Notes: generated by a model from the letters alone, not told the origin. DNA of 64,000 nucleotides from Alphaproteobacteria bacterium (GCA_965237415.1 CBDEFM010000002.1:2880001-2944000); one strand, 5' to 3'; numbered from the stretch's first letter, positions 1-9,875 are shown. Program-made: numbers and translations.

Positions 1-2
1 AG

Positions 3-845
3 GAAGGCTATGGCTGCGACACCGAGGTGGTGCCGGGCGACACGGTGCCCACCGTCACCTCTATGACGGAGAAGGGCGAGCCAGACATCGCGCCCGAGGT
101 CTGGATCAATTCCGCGCGCGAGGTCGTCGAGGCGGCGGTGGCTGAGGGCCGGCTCACGATCGCCGGCGATATCTTCTCGGACGGCGGCGAGGAAGGCTGG
201 TGGGTGCCCACCTTCGTGGTGGAGCAGAATCCGGAACTCACCACCCTGCAGGAGGTCATCAAGCGGCCCGACCTCTTCCCCGACAAGGAGGAGCCGGGCA
301 AGGGTCGCTTCTACGGCTGCCCGCCGGGCTGGGCCTGCGAGATCGTCAACCGCAACCTCTACATGGCCTACGGCCTCGACGAGGCCGGGTTCACGCTCTT
401 CAACCCGGGCTCCGGCGAAGGGCTGGCGGGGGCGATCGCCAGCGCCTATGAGCGTGGCAACCCGATCTTCGCGTACTACTGGGCGCCGACCGCGCTGCTC
501 GGCAACTACCCGATGGTCAAGCTCGGCGGGATGGAGCACGACCCCGCGACGTGGCCGTGCATCGTCGACAAGGATTGCGCCGACCCGCAGCCCAACATGT
601 ACGCGAAGTCGGTGGTGGTCACGGTGGTGACCTCGAGTTTCGCCGAGAGCGCACCCGAGGCCTTCGAGTTCGTCTCCAACGTCTCCTGGTCGAACTCCTT
701 CCTGAACAGCCTGCTCGCATGGAAGGACGAGAACCAGGCGACCACGCGGGAGGCGGCTGAGCACTTCCTCAAGAACAATGAGGACGTGTGGGGCGCCTGG
801 GTGTCGGCCGAGGTCGCGGAGAAGGTGAAGGCGGCCATGATGTAG
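3..845 (+). CDS. proX: Glycine betaine/proline ABC transporter substrate-binding protein (5' truncated by window edge)
   Basis: Open from the window start (EGYGCDTEVVPGDT); motifs PEVW, GCPPGWAC, YYWAPT; upstream of ProW/ProV-like genes. Confidence 0.85.
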   Translation, partial: EGYGCDTEVVPGDTVPTVTSMTEKGEPDIAPEVWINSAREVVEAAVAEGRLTIAGDIFSDGGEEGWWVPTFVVEQNPELTTLQEVIKRPDLFPDKEEPGKGRFYGCPPGWACEIVNRNLYMAYGLDEAGFTLFNPGSGEGLAGAIASAYERGNPIFAYYWAPTALLGNYPMVKLGGMEHDPATWPCIVDKDCADPQPNMYAKSVVVTVVTSSFAESAPEAFEFVSNVSWSNSFLNSLLAWKDENQATTREAAEHFLKNNEDVWGAWVSAEVAEKVKAAMM

Positions 846-902
846 CCCGCTTCCGGCTGGTCAAACACCGACCGGAAGAGGCCGCGCCGGCCCTCTCCCC
901 CG

Positions 903-940
903 CCCCGTCCCGGCGTACCGGATGGAACGCCGGGACGGGG
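903..940 (+). other. Intercistronic stem-loop between proX and proW
   Basis: Perfect 14-bp inverted repeat CCCCGTCCCGGCGT (903-916) / ACGCCGGGACGGGG (927-940); no U-tract. Confidence 0.6.
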
Positions 941-1008
941 AGCCGCGCCGGCGCGGCCCGGGTGCGAACGCCATGTCCTCGGGGGAGCCGAACCGGGGAG
1001 CGTGAACC

Positions 1009-1890
1009 GTGTCCGACTGGGTGCTGAATTTCCCGACTCTCGACATTGCCACGCTGCGTTCCGTCCACAAGTCCATCGACGCGGCGTACCGCACGTTTTC
1101 GCGGAACTACGGCGACCCCATCGAGAGCATCTTCGATCCGCTTCTCTGGCTCCTGATTAAGTTCGAGTGGGTCCTGCTCAACGCCCCCTGGTGGGTGGTG
1201 ATCGTCGCGATCGCGGGCATCTGCTTCGCCGCGAGCCGGCGTGTGCGACTCACCGTCGGCGTCATCGTCGCGTTCCTCGCCATCGGCGTCCTCAACATGT
1301 GGGACGACACGATGCGCACCCTTGCCATCATCTTCGTCGCCACCCTCATCGCCATCGCCATCGGCATCCCGCTCGGCATCGCCATGTCGCGCTCCGACCG
1401 GGTGCAGGCGTTCATGAGGCCGATCCTCGACGTCATGCAGACGATGCCCATCTTCGTCTACCTGATCCCGGTGGTGATGCTCTTCGGCCTCGGCAAGATT
1501 CCGGGCCTGATCGCGGTGGTGATCTACGCCGTGCCGCCGGTGATCCGGCTTACCAACCTCGGCATCCGCCTGGTGGACCAGGAGGTGCTGGAGGCGGCGG
1601 ACGCCTTCGGCGCCGGTACCTGGCGCAGGCTCTTCGGCGTCCAGCTGCCGCTGGCGCTCCCCACCATCATGGCCGGCGTCAACCAGACCATCATGATGGC
1701 GCTCTCCATGGTGGTGATCGCTTCGATGATCGGCGTTAAGGGCCTGGGCATGCCCGTGCTCCAGGCGGTGACCAACCAGTACTTCGCGCTCGGGCTGTTC
1801 AACGGCGCGGCGGTGGTGGGGCTCGCGATCGTGTTCGACCGGGTGACCCAGAGCTACGGCCGGCGCATCGAGGCGCAGCGGCAGTCATGA
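1009..1890 (+). CDS. proW: Glycine betaine/proline ABC transporter permease
   Basis: LDVMQTMPIFVYLIP motif, EAA loop (EAADAFGA), hydrophobic. Confidence 0.9.
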   Translation: MSDWVLNFPTLDIATLRSVHKSIDAAYRTFSRNYGDPIESIFDPLLWLLIKFEWVLLNAPWWVVIVAIAGICFAASRRVRLTVGVIVAFLAIGVLNMWDDTMRTLAIIFVATLIAIAIGIPLGIAMSRSDRVQAFMRPILDVMQTMPIFVYLIPVVMLFGLGKIPGLIAVVIYAVPPVIRLTNLGIRLVDQEVLEAADAFGAGTWRRLFGVQLPLALPTIMAGVNQTIMMALSMVVIASMIGVKGLGMPVLQAVTNQYFALGLFNGAAVVGLAIVFDRVTQSYGRRIEAQRQS

Positions 1891-2960
1891 CCGCGCAGAC
1901 CCACGAGGGCATCCAGGTCGGACGCCTCTACAAGGTGTTCGGCGCCGACCCGGCGTCCGTGATGCCGCTCGTGCACGAGGGCATCAGCAAGCAGGACCTG
2001 CTGGAGGCCCACGGCCATGTCCTCGGCCTGCGCGACATCAATCTGGACGTCGCCCCGCGCAGCATCCAGGTTGTCATGGGGCTCAGCGGCTCGGGCAAGT
2101 CCACGCTGGTGCGCCACATCAACCGCCTGATCGACCCGACGGAAGGCGATGTGCGCATCGACGGGGAGGACATGCTCGCGCTGGACGCTGCGGCGCTCAA
2201 GCGGCTCCGGCGCTACAAGATCAGCATGGTGTTCCAGCGTTTCGCGCTGTTCCCGCACCGGACCGTGATGGACAATGTCGGCTACGGCTTGGCGCTCCAG
2301 GGTCTCGCCAAAAGCGAGCGTACCGCACGCGCCGCGCAATGGGTGGAGCGCGTCGGCCTCCAGGGCTACGAGGAGTCCTACCCGCACCACCTCTCCGGCG
2401 GCATGCAGCAGCGGGTCGGCCTCGCTCGCGCCCTCGCGACCGACGCCGACATCCTGCTGATGGACGAGGCCTTCAGCGCGCTCGATCCGCTGATCCGCTC
2501 GGACATGCGGACGCTGCTGCTCGGCCTGCAGCACGAGTTGCACAAGACCATCGTGTTCGTCACCCACGACCTCGAGGAAGCCATCGAGATCGGCGACCGC
2601 ATCGCCATCCTGCGCGATGGCGAGGTCATCCAGAACGGCGATTCGCAGGACATCGTGCTGCGCCCGGCGGACTCCTACATCGCCGACTTCACGAAGAGCA
2701 TCAATCGCGGGCGCGTCGTCCGCGTGAGCTCCATCATGGAGCCGCTCAGGCCGGGCCTGGCGGGGCCCGACTGCCCGCACGACACGACGGTGGAGGAGGC
2801 GCTGCCGCTGGCGGTCGCATCGCCCGGCGGCATGGCACGGGTCGTGAACGGCGAGGGTTCGCCGGTCGGCGCTATATCGCTCAGCGGCCTGGTCCGCGCC
2901 CTCGGCGGCGGCCGGGCCTCCGACCGCGCGGGGACAGACGACTCTCGATCCGGCGCCTGA
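1887..2960 (+). CDS. proV: Glycine betaine/proline ABC transporter ATP-binding protein
   Basis: Walker A GLSGSGKST, LSGGMQQRVGLARALA, MDEAFSALDPLIR; ATGA overlap with the permease. Confidence 0.9.
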   Translation: MTAQTHEGIQVGRLYKVFGADPASVMPLVHEGISKQDLLEAHGHVLGLRDINLDVAPRSIQVVMGLSGSGKSTLVRHINRLIDPTEGDVRIDGEDMLALDAAALKRLRRYKISMVFQRFALFPHRTVMDNVGYGLALQGLAKSERTARAAQWVERVGLQGYEESYPHHLSGGMQQRVGLARALATDADILLMDEAFSALDPLIRSDMRTLLLGLQHELHKTIVFVTHDLEEAIEIGDRIAILRDGEVIQNGDSQDIVLRPADSYIADFTKSINRGRVVRVSSIMEPLRPGLAGPDCPHDTTVEEALPLAVASPGGMARVVNGEGSPVGAISLSGLVRALGGGRASDRAGTDDSRSGA

Positions 2961-2963
2961 GCC

Positions 2964-5900
2964 CTATTCCGCTGCGACCGCTCTGTTCAGGAAGGACGCG
3001 AAGCTCGCGTCGCGGCCGTAAGCGCTTAGCCCGTCCACGCTGACAAAGCCGTCCTCCAGGTCCGCGCGGAGCGCGTCGTCCGCCCGTTCGCGCGGGTCGC
3101 CGTAACCGCCGCCGCCCGGCACGCGGACGAGGATCTGGTCGCCCCGGTGGAGCCGGATGTTGATGAACTTGGTCGGGCTCACGGTGCCGTAGACCTCCTT
3201 GAAGGTGCGGAACTCCTCGTCTTCGACGCGCTTGACGAAGAAGCCGGTCGGTGCGCCCGGTTTCCCCTTCATCAGCCCATAGGGCCCCTCGGTCATGCGG
3301 TCGGTCAGCGCGCTCACGCTGATAGCGTCGGCAACCACCTCGAACTGGCGCCAGCAGCCGAGCCCGCCCCGCCACTTGCCGGCGCCGCCGGAATCCGGCC
3401 GGATCTCGTACTTGAGGACCCGGAGCGGGAAGCGCGTCTCGAACACCTCGATCGGCGTCGCCCGGATCGTGCTCGCGTGAGCGCAGCAAAGCGCGGTGTT
3501 GCCGTCCTTGCCGAGCCGACCACCCCAGCCGCCCCCTTCGAGCTGATAGTGGGTCCAGTACTCGCCCGTATCGGGGTGGATGCCGCCGAGGAGCAGGTTG
3601 CACGCGGTGCCGCCCTCGGCGGCGCTTACCATCTCCGGCACAGCCTTGGAGAGCGCATGCTGGACCGCCGCGATGATGCGGGGCTGGCCCTCTGTGTTGC
3701 CGGCGACGCTCGGCGCGGGGAAGACCGGGTTCGCCACCGTCCCCGGCGGTGACACCACGCGAAGCGGCTTGAAGCACCCGCTATTCAGCGGCACATCGCG
3801 GGCGCAGAGCGTCTGCAGTACCGCCGTGCAGCCGGCGGCGGCCGTCGCCACATAGGTGACGTTGATGGGCCCCCGCGCCTGCTCGTCCGATTCCGAGAGA
3901 TCGACCACGATCTCCTCGTCGCGGATGTGCACGGTGGGGCGGAAGTAATAGCGCCTGGTTGTGACCCCGTCGTCCTCGAAATAGTCCTCGGCCTTGTAGA
4001 TGCCGTTGGGGAGCTTGCGGATCTCGTTCCGCATCCAGTGCTCGGCGTGGTCGACGAGGGCGTCGCAGATCCTCTCGAAGGTCTCGATGCCGAGACGCTT
4101 CACCAGCTCGCCCAGCCGCTGCTCGGCGGTATTCAGCGAGCCGATCATCGCGTGGAAGTCGCCCCAGGTGGTGTTCGGGGTGCGGTGATTGGCGAGCGTG
4201 ATGCGCCAGACGTCCTTCACATACTCGCCGCGCGAGAGCAGCTTCACCGGCGGCAGCCTGAGTCCTTCCTGGAACACCTCGGTTGCGGTGCTGGCGAAGG
4301 AGCCCACCGCCATGCCGCCGATCTCGGCGATATGGGCGATGTTGGCGGCGTAGCCGATCAGCGTGCCGTCGACGAAGACCGGCTTCATCAACAGGTGCTC
4401 CGGCATGTGGCATTGCCCGCGGTAGGGATCGTTATGGACGATCACGTCGCCCGGCTCGATCGGCTCGTCCATCTCCTTCACGCAGAGCGGCACCGTGTGC
4501 AGGCCGGCGCAGATGATCGCCGGGTTCATCTCGGCCTGGCCCACCATGCGGAGCCTGCGGTCGAACAGGCAGCACGAGAAGTCCCGCGATTCGCTGAAGA
4601 TCGGCGAATAGGCGGTGCGCACCATGGCGCTTTCCATCTCGTTGCAGATGTTGCCCAGCGCGTTGTTGACCACCGTGAGCGTGACCGGGTCCTTCTCGGG
4701 CGCGAGCCGCCCGATGCCGACCGCGGCTCCTGCCGCCCTGGGCAGGCTCACGATCAGGCTGCCGTCGGCGCCGATCTCGATCTCGCTGCGCGGGGGCACG
4801 AGGGTGGTCGAATCCATCTCGTCGATGATCGCGGGCCCGGCAATCACGCTGCCGGCGGGGAGCGCGGCCCGGCGGTAGATCGGCGTCTCCAGCGGTTTGT
4901 CCCCGTCGAAATAGACCTCACGGTGGGCATACGCCCGGCCCGAGCCTGAGGCGGGCGCGCTCAGCGTTGCATCGGTGAGCTCTTCGCCCACGGCGATCAC
5001 CCGCACCTCGGTCGTCTCGACGACCTTGTCGCGGAGCGCGTATCCGTAAAGCTCCTCGTGCTGGCGGTGGAGTCTCTCCAGCGCCTGCGCAAACGCCACC
5101 TCGTCGAGCTCCAGCGCGTCGAGCTGCACCAACTCGCCGAAATTCTGGCCCATATAGCGCATGCTGAGATAGCCGGTGACGTGGGCCTCGTCCTCCAGTC
5201 CCTCGCGCACGAGCTCATCCACTGCCGCACGTGCGAGGGCCCCCAGCTGGTCGTTGAGGGTGTCCAGGTCCACCGTGTCGGAACGGTGATTGACCGTTCG
5301 CGCACGGTCGACGCGGAGGTCCGTCAGAAGCGTGCCGAGCGCCGAGCAGAGCCCCGGATGAGGCGGCACGACGACCTTCTTCATCTCGAGCGGCGCCGCG
5401 ACATCGACGGCGTGCAACGGGCCGGCACCGCCGAAGGCGATCAGCGCGTAGTCGCGGTGGTCGATGCCGCGCTCGACCGTCATCAGCCGGATGGCGTCCG
5501 CCATGTTCTCGGCCGCGGTCTCCAGGATTGCGCGTGCGGTCTCCACGGCCGTCAGCCCGAGCTGCTGCCCAAGCGCGCACACGGCCTCGTGCGCCTTGGC
5601 CGCGTCGAGGGTCATCTCGCCGCCGAGGAAGTAGTCGGGGTCGAGCCGGCCCAGCACCACGTTGGCGTCGGTCACCGTCGGCTCGGTCCCGCCCTTGCCG
5701 TAGCAGGCGGGGCCGGGGTCGGCGCCGGCGCTGCGCGGCCCGACGCGGAGCAGGCCGCCCGCATCGACATAGGCGATGGAGCCCCCGCCCGCGCCGATGG
5801 TGGTGTAGTCGATGAAGAGCGCGCTCACCGGCACACCCCATTCCACCTCGTATTCGGTGGTGGAGCCGAAGGCGCCGTCGGTGACGAGACCGACGTCGCA

Positions 5901-6779
5901 GCTGGTGCCGCCCATGTCGAGGGTGACGCCGTTGCCATCGGCGTGATCGCGGGCGAAGCGGGCGCCGGCGATGACGCCGCCCGCGAGACCCGAAAGCAGA
6001 AGCTGGACCGGCGCCTCGCCGGCGGACTCCGCCTGCAAATGGCCGCCGTTGGACTTCATGATCGAGAGCGGTGCGCCGATCCCGGCCGTCTGCAGGTCGG
6101 CCGAGACCTGGCCCACGAAGCGGTCGATGATGCGCTTGATGAAGGCGTCGGTGATGACCGTGGTGCTCCGCTGATACTCGCGCCAGATCGGGCAGACGTG
6201 GCTGGAGAGCGAGACGGGCAGGTCGGGGAAACGCTCGGCCAGATAAGCGCCGATGGCTTCCTCGTGGGCCGGATCGACGTAGGAGAAGAGCAGGTTGACC
6301 GCGACCGCCCACTCCTGCGCGGGCTGGCTCGCGAGCCATTCGTCGATCCAGTCGCCGAGGCGCTCCAGCTCTGGTTGCTCCAGCGCGATCAGGATGTTGC
6401 CCTTGTGATCGATGCGCTCCCTGATGCCGAAGACATGACGACGGAGGACGCCGGCGCTGGGTTTCTCCCAGGCCGGGTTGTAGGCCTCCTTGCGGGCGAT
6501 GAGGCCGATGATGGGCACGTCCTGCACACCATCGGTGCCGACGTAGAGAACGGTCGCGCCCTTCTTCTGCAGGCGCGCGTTGGTGGCGATGGTGGTGCCG
6601 AGCACGATACGGCCGATCTCGTCAGGCGTGAGCGCGCTCTGGCCGATCGCGTTGAGCGGCGCGGCAGCGGGCTGCTGCGGCGTGGAGGGGACCTTGACGG
6701 TGCGGATGCGCCCGTTCTGGTCGTCCAGCGCCACGAGGTCGGTGAAGGTGCCGCCGGTGTCGATTCCGACCCTATACAT
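2964..6779 (-). CDS. Fused hydantoinase A/hydantoinase B (ATP-dependent N-methylhydantoinase/5-oxoprolinase family)
   Basis: A part: GIDTGGTFTD, DMGGTSCD, GAGGGS, SAGADPGPACYG, FGGAGPLH. B part: RTAYSPIFSESRDFS, NDPY, GGGYGDP. ATG at 6779 overlaps the upstream stop (ATGTATAG). Confidence 0.9.
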   Translation of the reverse strand: MYRVGIDTGGTFTDLVALDDQNGRIRTVKVPSTPQQPAAAPLNAIGQSALTPDEIGRIVLGTTIATNARLQKKGATVLYVGTDGVQDVPIIGLIARKEAYNPAWEKPSAGVLRRHVFGIRERIDHKGNILIALEQPELERLGDWIDEWLASQPAQEWAVAVNLLFSYVDPAHEEAIGAYLAERFPDLPVSLSSHVCPIWREYQRSTTVITDAFIKRIIDRFVGQVSADLQTAGIGAPLSIMKSNGGHLQAESAGEAPVQLLLSGLAGGVIAGARFARDHADGNGVTLDMGGTSCDVGLVTDGAFGSTTEYEVEWGVPVSALFIDYTTIGAGGGSIAYVDAGGLLRVGPRSAGADPGPACYGKGGTEPTVTDANVVLGRLDPDYFLGGEMTLDAAKAHEAVCALGQQLGLTAVETARAILETAAENMADAIRLMTVERGIDHRDYALIAFGGAGPLHAVDVAAPLEMKKVVVPPHPGLCSALGTLLTDLRVDRARTVNHRSDTVDLDTLNDQLGALARAAVDELVREGLEDEAHVTGYLSMRYMGQNFGELVQLDALELDEVAFAQALERLHRQHEELYGYALRDKVVETTEVRVIAVGEELTDATLSAPASGSGRAYAHREVYFDGDKPLETPIYRRAALPAGSVIAGPAIIDEMDSTTLVPPRSEIEIGADGSLIVSLPRAAGAAVGIGRLAPEKDPVTLTVVNNALGNICNEMESAMVRTAYSPIFSESRDFSCCLFDRRLRMVGQAEMNPAIICAGLHTVPLCVKEMDEPIEPGDVIVHNDPYRGQCHMPEHLLMKPVFVDGTLIGYAANIAHIAEIGGMAVGSFASTATEVFQEGLRLPPVKLLSRGEYVKDVWRITLANHRTPNTTWGDFHAMIGSLNTAEQRLGELVKRLGIETFERICDALVDHAEHWMRNEIRKLPNGIYKAEDYFEDDGVTTRRYYFRPTVHIRDEEIVVDLSESDEQARGPINVTYVATAAAGCTAVLQTLCARDVPLNSGCFKPLRVVSPPGTVANPVFPAPSVAGNTEGQPRIIAAVQHALSKAVPEMVSAAEGGTACNLLLGGIHPDTGEYWTHYQLEGGGWGGRLGKDGNTALCCAHASTIRATPIEVFETRFPLRVLKYEIRPDSGGAGKWRGGLGCWRQFEVVADAISVSALTDRMTEGPYGLMKGKPGAPTGFFVKRVEDEEFRTFKEVYGTVSPTKFINIRLHRGDQILVRVPGGGGYGDPRERADDALRADLEDGFVSVDGLSAYGRDASFASFLNRAVAAE

Positions 6780-7011
6780 CGTTCGCCTCCCCGGCTTGGC
6801 CTGCGTCCTCGACACGGCCCTCGGCCTTCGCCGCGGCGAACTCCGCCCGGAGACGCCGCTTCACGTCGGCGCACTTGTCCTCGCAGTACATGTCGCCGGG
6901 GAATTCGTCGTCCACCCAGTGTTCCCGCGCCATCATGATGCCGCAGAAGGAGCAGTTGAAAATCCGCGTGTCGTACCAGGCGAGGTCAAACGGGACCCAC
7001 TTGCCGCTCAT
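6772..7011 (-). CDS. Small Cys4 (CxxC...CxxxC) putative metal-binding protein coupled to the hydantoinase
   Basis: 79 aa, GGAGG RBS, CSFC...YCEDKC, 8-nt overlap with the hydantoinase start. Confidence 0.75.
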   Translation of the reverse strand: MSGKWVPFDLAWYDTRIFNCSFCGIMMAREHWVDDEFPGDMYCEDKCADVKRRLRAEFAAAKAEGRVEDAGQAGEANDV

Positions 7012-7127
7012 CTCAGCCCACCTCCCAGCATGTCTTGGACGGCCGAGACACTTTCACGGCGCGCGATGTGGGTCAACCGCGCGCGGGCCGAGCGCCCCCA
7101 CCTCGCCCCGGTCCTCTCCCAACTTGT

Positions 7128-7242
7128 TCAAATCCCTCAGACGCCGGGCGCTCGCTCCGCGAGCATCGCGCGCCCCCGCGCGCGTAACCGCGCGGCGCAG
7201 TCGCGCCGTCCGGGCCTGCGGCCCGGTAGGGCGGAGGGGGAC
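7128..7242 (+). repeat. Dispersed repeat family 1, copy a
   Basis: TCAAATCCCTCAGACGCCGGGCGCTCGCTCCGC...GCGCGGCGCAGTCGCGCCGTCCGGGCCTGCGGCCCGG; matches 9685-9792, 16319-16412, 59119-59212. Confidence 0.85.
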
Positions 7243-7262
7243 AGGGGGAGGTGGGGAACATT

Positions 7263-8583
7263 GGTACAGACCGGATAGATAGGTAACAGAATGGACCGGA
7301 TAGATGGGTGACAGGTTTTGGCAGGGCCAGGAGGTGGCCGATGCCGTGGAAGGAGACCTGTCGCATGGAGGAGAAGTTGGTTTTTGTCGCAGACTGTCTG
7401 CGTGGCGAGTTGCCGATGACAGCGCTTTGCGAGGACTACGGCATCAGCCGCAAGACGGGCTACAAATGGCTCGGTCGCTATCGCGAGCACGGCCCGGAGG
7501 GCCTGGTGGAGCGCTCTCGTGCGCCGCACCGTCATGGTCGGTCGATGGCGCCGGAGATGGCCGAAGCGATTGTTGCTCTGCGCAGGCAGCGTCCCCATTG
7601 GGGTCCGCGCAAGCTGCGCGCAGTGCTGATGGGAGAGCGCCCCGAGGCGGTGTGGCCTGCGGCCAGCACGATGGGCGATCTGCTGCGTGCGGAAGGGCTG
7701 GTGAGCGCCCGCCGCCGGCGTCGTCGGGTAGCTGCGCCTGGTCGGCCGTTCCGTGCCGTCACCGCACCCAACGATGTGTGGTGCATCGACTTCAAGGGTT
7801 GGTTCCGCACCCGCGACGGCGAACGCTGCGACCCGCTGACCGTCAGCGACGCTTACAGCCGTTTCCTTCTGGCCTGTGTCATCGTCCCGCCCCGGACCGA
7901 CACGGTCCGTGTGGCGGTCGAGCAGCTCTTCAAGCGCTACGGCCTGCCTCTGGCCATCCGCTCGGACAACGGGGCACCGTTCGCCGGAACGGGCGCGGGC
8001 GGACTGTCTCGTCTGTCGGTCGGCTGGATCAAGGCCGGCATCGCGTTGGAGCGCATCGAGCCGGGCCAGCCCCAGCAGAACGGACGGCACGAGCGCATGC
8101 ATCGGACCTTGAAGGCCGAGACGGCCAAACCGCCGGCCGCGAGTGCGGGCCAGCAGCAGGTCCGCTTCGACCGCTTCCGCCAGGACTTCAACGACAACCG
8201 TCCCCACGAGGCGCTTGGCCAGCAGCCGCCTGCGGCGTTCTACCGGCCCTCGCTGCGGCCTTACCCCGAACGCCTGGACGAGCCCTGGTACGATGCCTGG
8301 CACGCCATGCGCCGGGTGCGCACCGACGGGTCCATCAAGTGGGGCGGCGACCTGGTCTTCATCAGCGAGACGCTGAAGGGCGAACCCGTCGGCATCGCCG
8401 AGACCGACAGCGGCGACTGGATCGTTCGCTTCGCCGACATCGACCTCGGCATCATCGATCGCCGGACGAAAAAACTTCATGGCTTCCGCGCGGCCCGGCC
8501 GGGCCGCGCGGAAGCCAAACAAACGACGAACACTGTTACCCATGTAACCGGTCCATAGCGTTACCTATGCTTCCGGTTGCACA
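7263..8583 (+). mobile_element. IS481-family insertion sequence
   Basis: ~50-bp imperfect terminal inverted repeats, each with two 19-bp units at 25-bp spacing (7270-7288, 7295-7313; 8534-8552, 8559-8577); right end ...GCACA, left end begins GGT instead of TGT; flanked by ATT/ATT. Confidence 0.85.
7341..8558 (+). CDS. IS481-family DDE transposase
   Basis: MPWKET start after AGGAGGT RBS; HTH (YGISRKTGYKWLGRY); DDE motifs WCIDFKG, IRSDNG, NGRHERMHRTLK. Confidence 0.93.
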   Translation: MPWKETCRMEEKLVFVADCLRGELPMTALCEDYGISRKTGYKWLGRYREHGPEGLVERSRAPHRHGRSMAPEMAEAIVALRRQRPHWGPRKLRAVLMGERPEAVWPAASTMGDLLRAEGLVSARRRRRRVAAPGRPFRAVTAPNDVWCIDFKGWFRTRDGERCDPLTVSDAYSRFLLACVIVPPRTDTVRVAVEQLFKRYGLPLAIRSDNGAPFAGTGAGGLSRLSVGWIKAGIALERIEPGQPQQNGRHERMHRTLKAETAKPPAASAGQQQVRFDRFRQDFNDNRPHEALGQQPPAAFYRPSLRPYPERLDEPWYDAWHAMRRVRTDGSIKWGGDLVFISETLKGEPVGIAETDSGDWIVRFADIDLGIIDRRTKKLHGFRAARPGRAEAKQTTNTVTHVTGP

Positions 8584-8599
8584 ATTCCGGCGGCGCGTG

Positions 8600-9568
8600 C
8601 TACCAGCCGCGCGCCTGCTCGATGATGCGGACGTTCCGGAGCCCGTCTTCGGCACTGACCGCGAGCGGCTCACCGCGGGCGACGGCGCGAGTGACGCTCT
8701 CCGCCTGGGCCTTGTAGGTGTCGTGGCCGGCGAGGGGCACGGTGCGCGGCTTGCCGCCCTGGCGCACTGTGGTCACGGTTCCGGGAATGCCGACGAAGCC
8801 GCCCTCGATCCGGCAATAGCCCTCGCTGCCGAGCAGCTCGATGCCGCCGCCGCTGGTGACCGCGACGGACGCCGAGATCGTGCCGACCGCACCGTTCTCG
8901 AAGCCGATGGTGAGGAAGGCGGTGTCGGCCGAGCGCCCGTAGGCCTTGTTGGAGAGGTGGGCGTGCACCGCCTTCGCCTCGCCGTTGAACCAGCGCAGCA
9001 GGTCGATGAAGTGGGTGCCGACATCGCCGAGCACCCAGCAGCCGGAGGTCTCGTCGTCGAGCCGCCACCAGTCGTCCGGCACGTGCGGATAGCGGTAGTG
9101 GAACTGCCCGTGCATGTGCACCGGCGCGCCGAAGCGGCCCGCCTGCCACTGCTCGCGGAACTTGCCGAGCCTCGGGTGGTGGCGGCTGTTGTAGCCGATG
9201 GTGAGCAGGCGGTCGGCCTTCCTGGCGGCCCGGATCATCGCCCGGCACTCGGCCTGGTTCATCGCCATGGGCTTTTCGCAGAGCACGTGCTTGCCGGCCT
9301 TGAGCGCCGCGATGGCTTGGTCCTTGTGCAGGTGGTTGGGGCTCGCGATCCACACCACGTCGATCGCATCGTCGGCGAGGAACGCACGGATGTCGGTGTA
9401 GCCCCGCGCCACGCCGTGGCTTGCGCAGTAGCGCTCGGCGTTCGCCGCAGTCGACGAGAGAACCGCGTTGAGCCTGGCGCCCCGCGCCGCGTTCACCGCA
9501 GGGCCGAGGATCATGTCGCTCCAGCCCCGCGTGCCGATCATGCCCCAGCCGACCGGTTTCGCCGCCAT
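8600..9568 (-). CDS. Gfo/Idh/MocA-family oxidoreductase
   Basis: AGKHVLCEKP, DVGTHFID. Confidence 0.88.
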   Translation of the reverse strand: MAAKPVGWGMIGTRGWSDMILGPAVNAARGARLNAVLSSTAANAERYCASHGVARGYTDIRAFLADDAIDVVWIASPNHLHKDQAIAALKAGKHVLCEKPMAMNQAECRAMIRAARKADRLLTIGYNSRHHPRLGKFREQWQAGRFGAPVHMHGQFHYRYPHVPDDWWRLDDETSGCWVLGDVGTHFIDLLRWFNGEAKAVHAHLSNKAYGRSADTAFLTIGFENGAVGTISASVAVTSGGGIELLGSEGYCRIEGGFVGIPGTVTTVRQGGKPRTVPLAGHDTYKAQAESVTRAVARGEPLAVSAEDGLRNVRIIEQARGW

Positions 9569-9616
9569 GCTCCCCTCCCCTGTCCGGACCCTTCGAGAGC
9601 GATCGTACCACGCGCC

Positions 9617-9666
9617 GCCCCCACCTCTCCCCGGCCCTCTCCGCCCCCAGGGGCGGAGAGGGAGAG
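9617..9666 (+). repeat. CCCTCTCC...GGAGAGGG REP-like hairpin (partial copy at 7096-7120)
   Basis: CCCCCACCTCTCCCCGGCCCTCTCCGCCCCCAGGGGCGGAGAGGG; both copies lie next to family 1 repeats. Confidence 0.65.
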
Positions 9667-9684
9667 CAAGCCGGTGCCGCCTGC

Positions 9685-9792
9685 GTCCCCCTCCACTCTA
9701 CCCGGGCCGCAGGCCCGGACGGCGCGACCGCGCCGCGCGCGTCAGCGTGTAGGCAAGCGAACGGAGTGAGCGCCCGCCGTTGAGGGAAATCA
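9685..9792 (-). repeat. Dispersed repeat family 1, copy b
   Basis: Reverse complement matches copy a, including the CCGGGCCTGCGGCCCGG hairpin and the GGAGGGGGAC tail. Confidence 0.85.
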
Positions 9793-9808
9793 AAAAGGCC
9801 GGGCCGCA

Positions 9809-9838
9809 TTGACCGGCCGCGGGCGCAACCCATAGAGT
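9809..9838 (+). promoter_or_regulatory. Putative sigma70 promoter of the CoA-transferase operon
   Basis: TTGACC-N18-TAGAGT, 37 nt upstream of ATG 9876. Confidence 0.4.
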
Positions 9839-9875
9839 GTGCGCCCTTCCCACCACCGCGCGCCCGACGCCCCCG

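Noticed and set aside
7270-7313. Direct repeats as a mini CRISPR
   Set aside because: Two 19-bp units separated by 6 nt and mirrored at the other IS end; these are IS terminal subrepeats. No cas genes or arrays in the window
7137-9769. Long ORFs 7137-8543(-) and 7304-9769(+)
   Set aside because: Antisense or alternate frames of the transposase and oxidoreductase; they cross the IS boundaries
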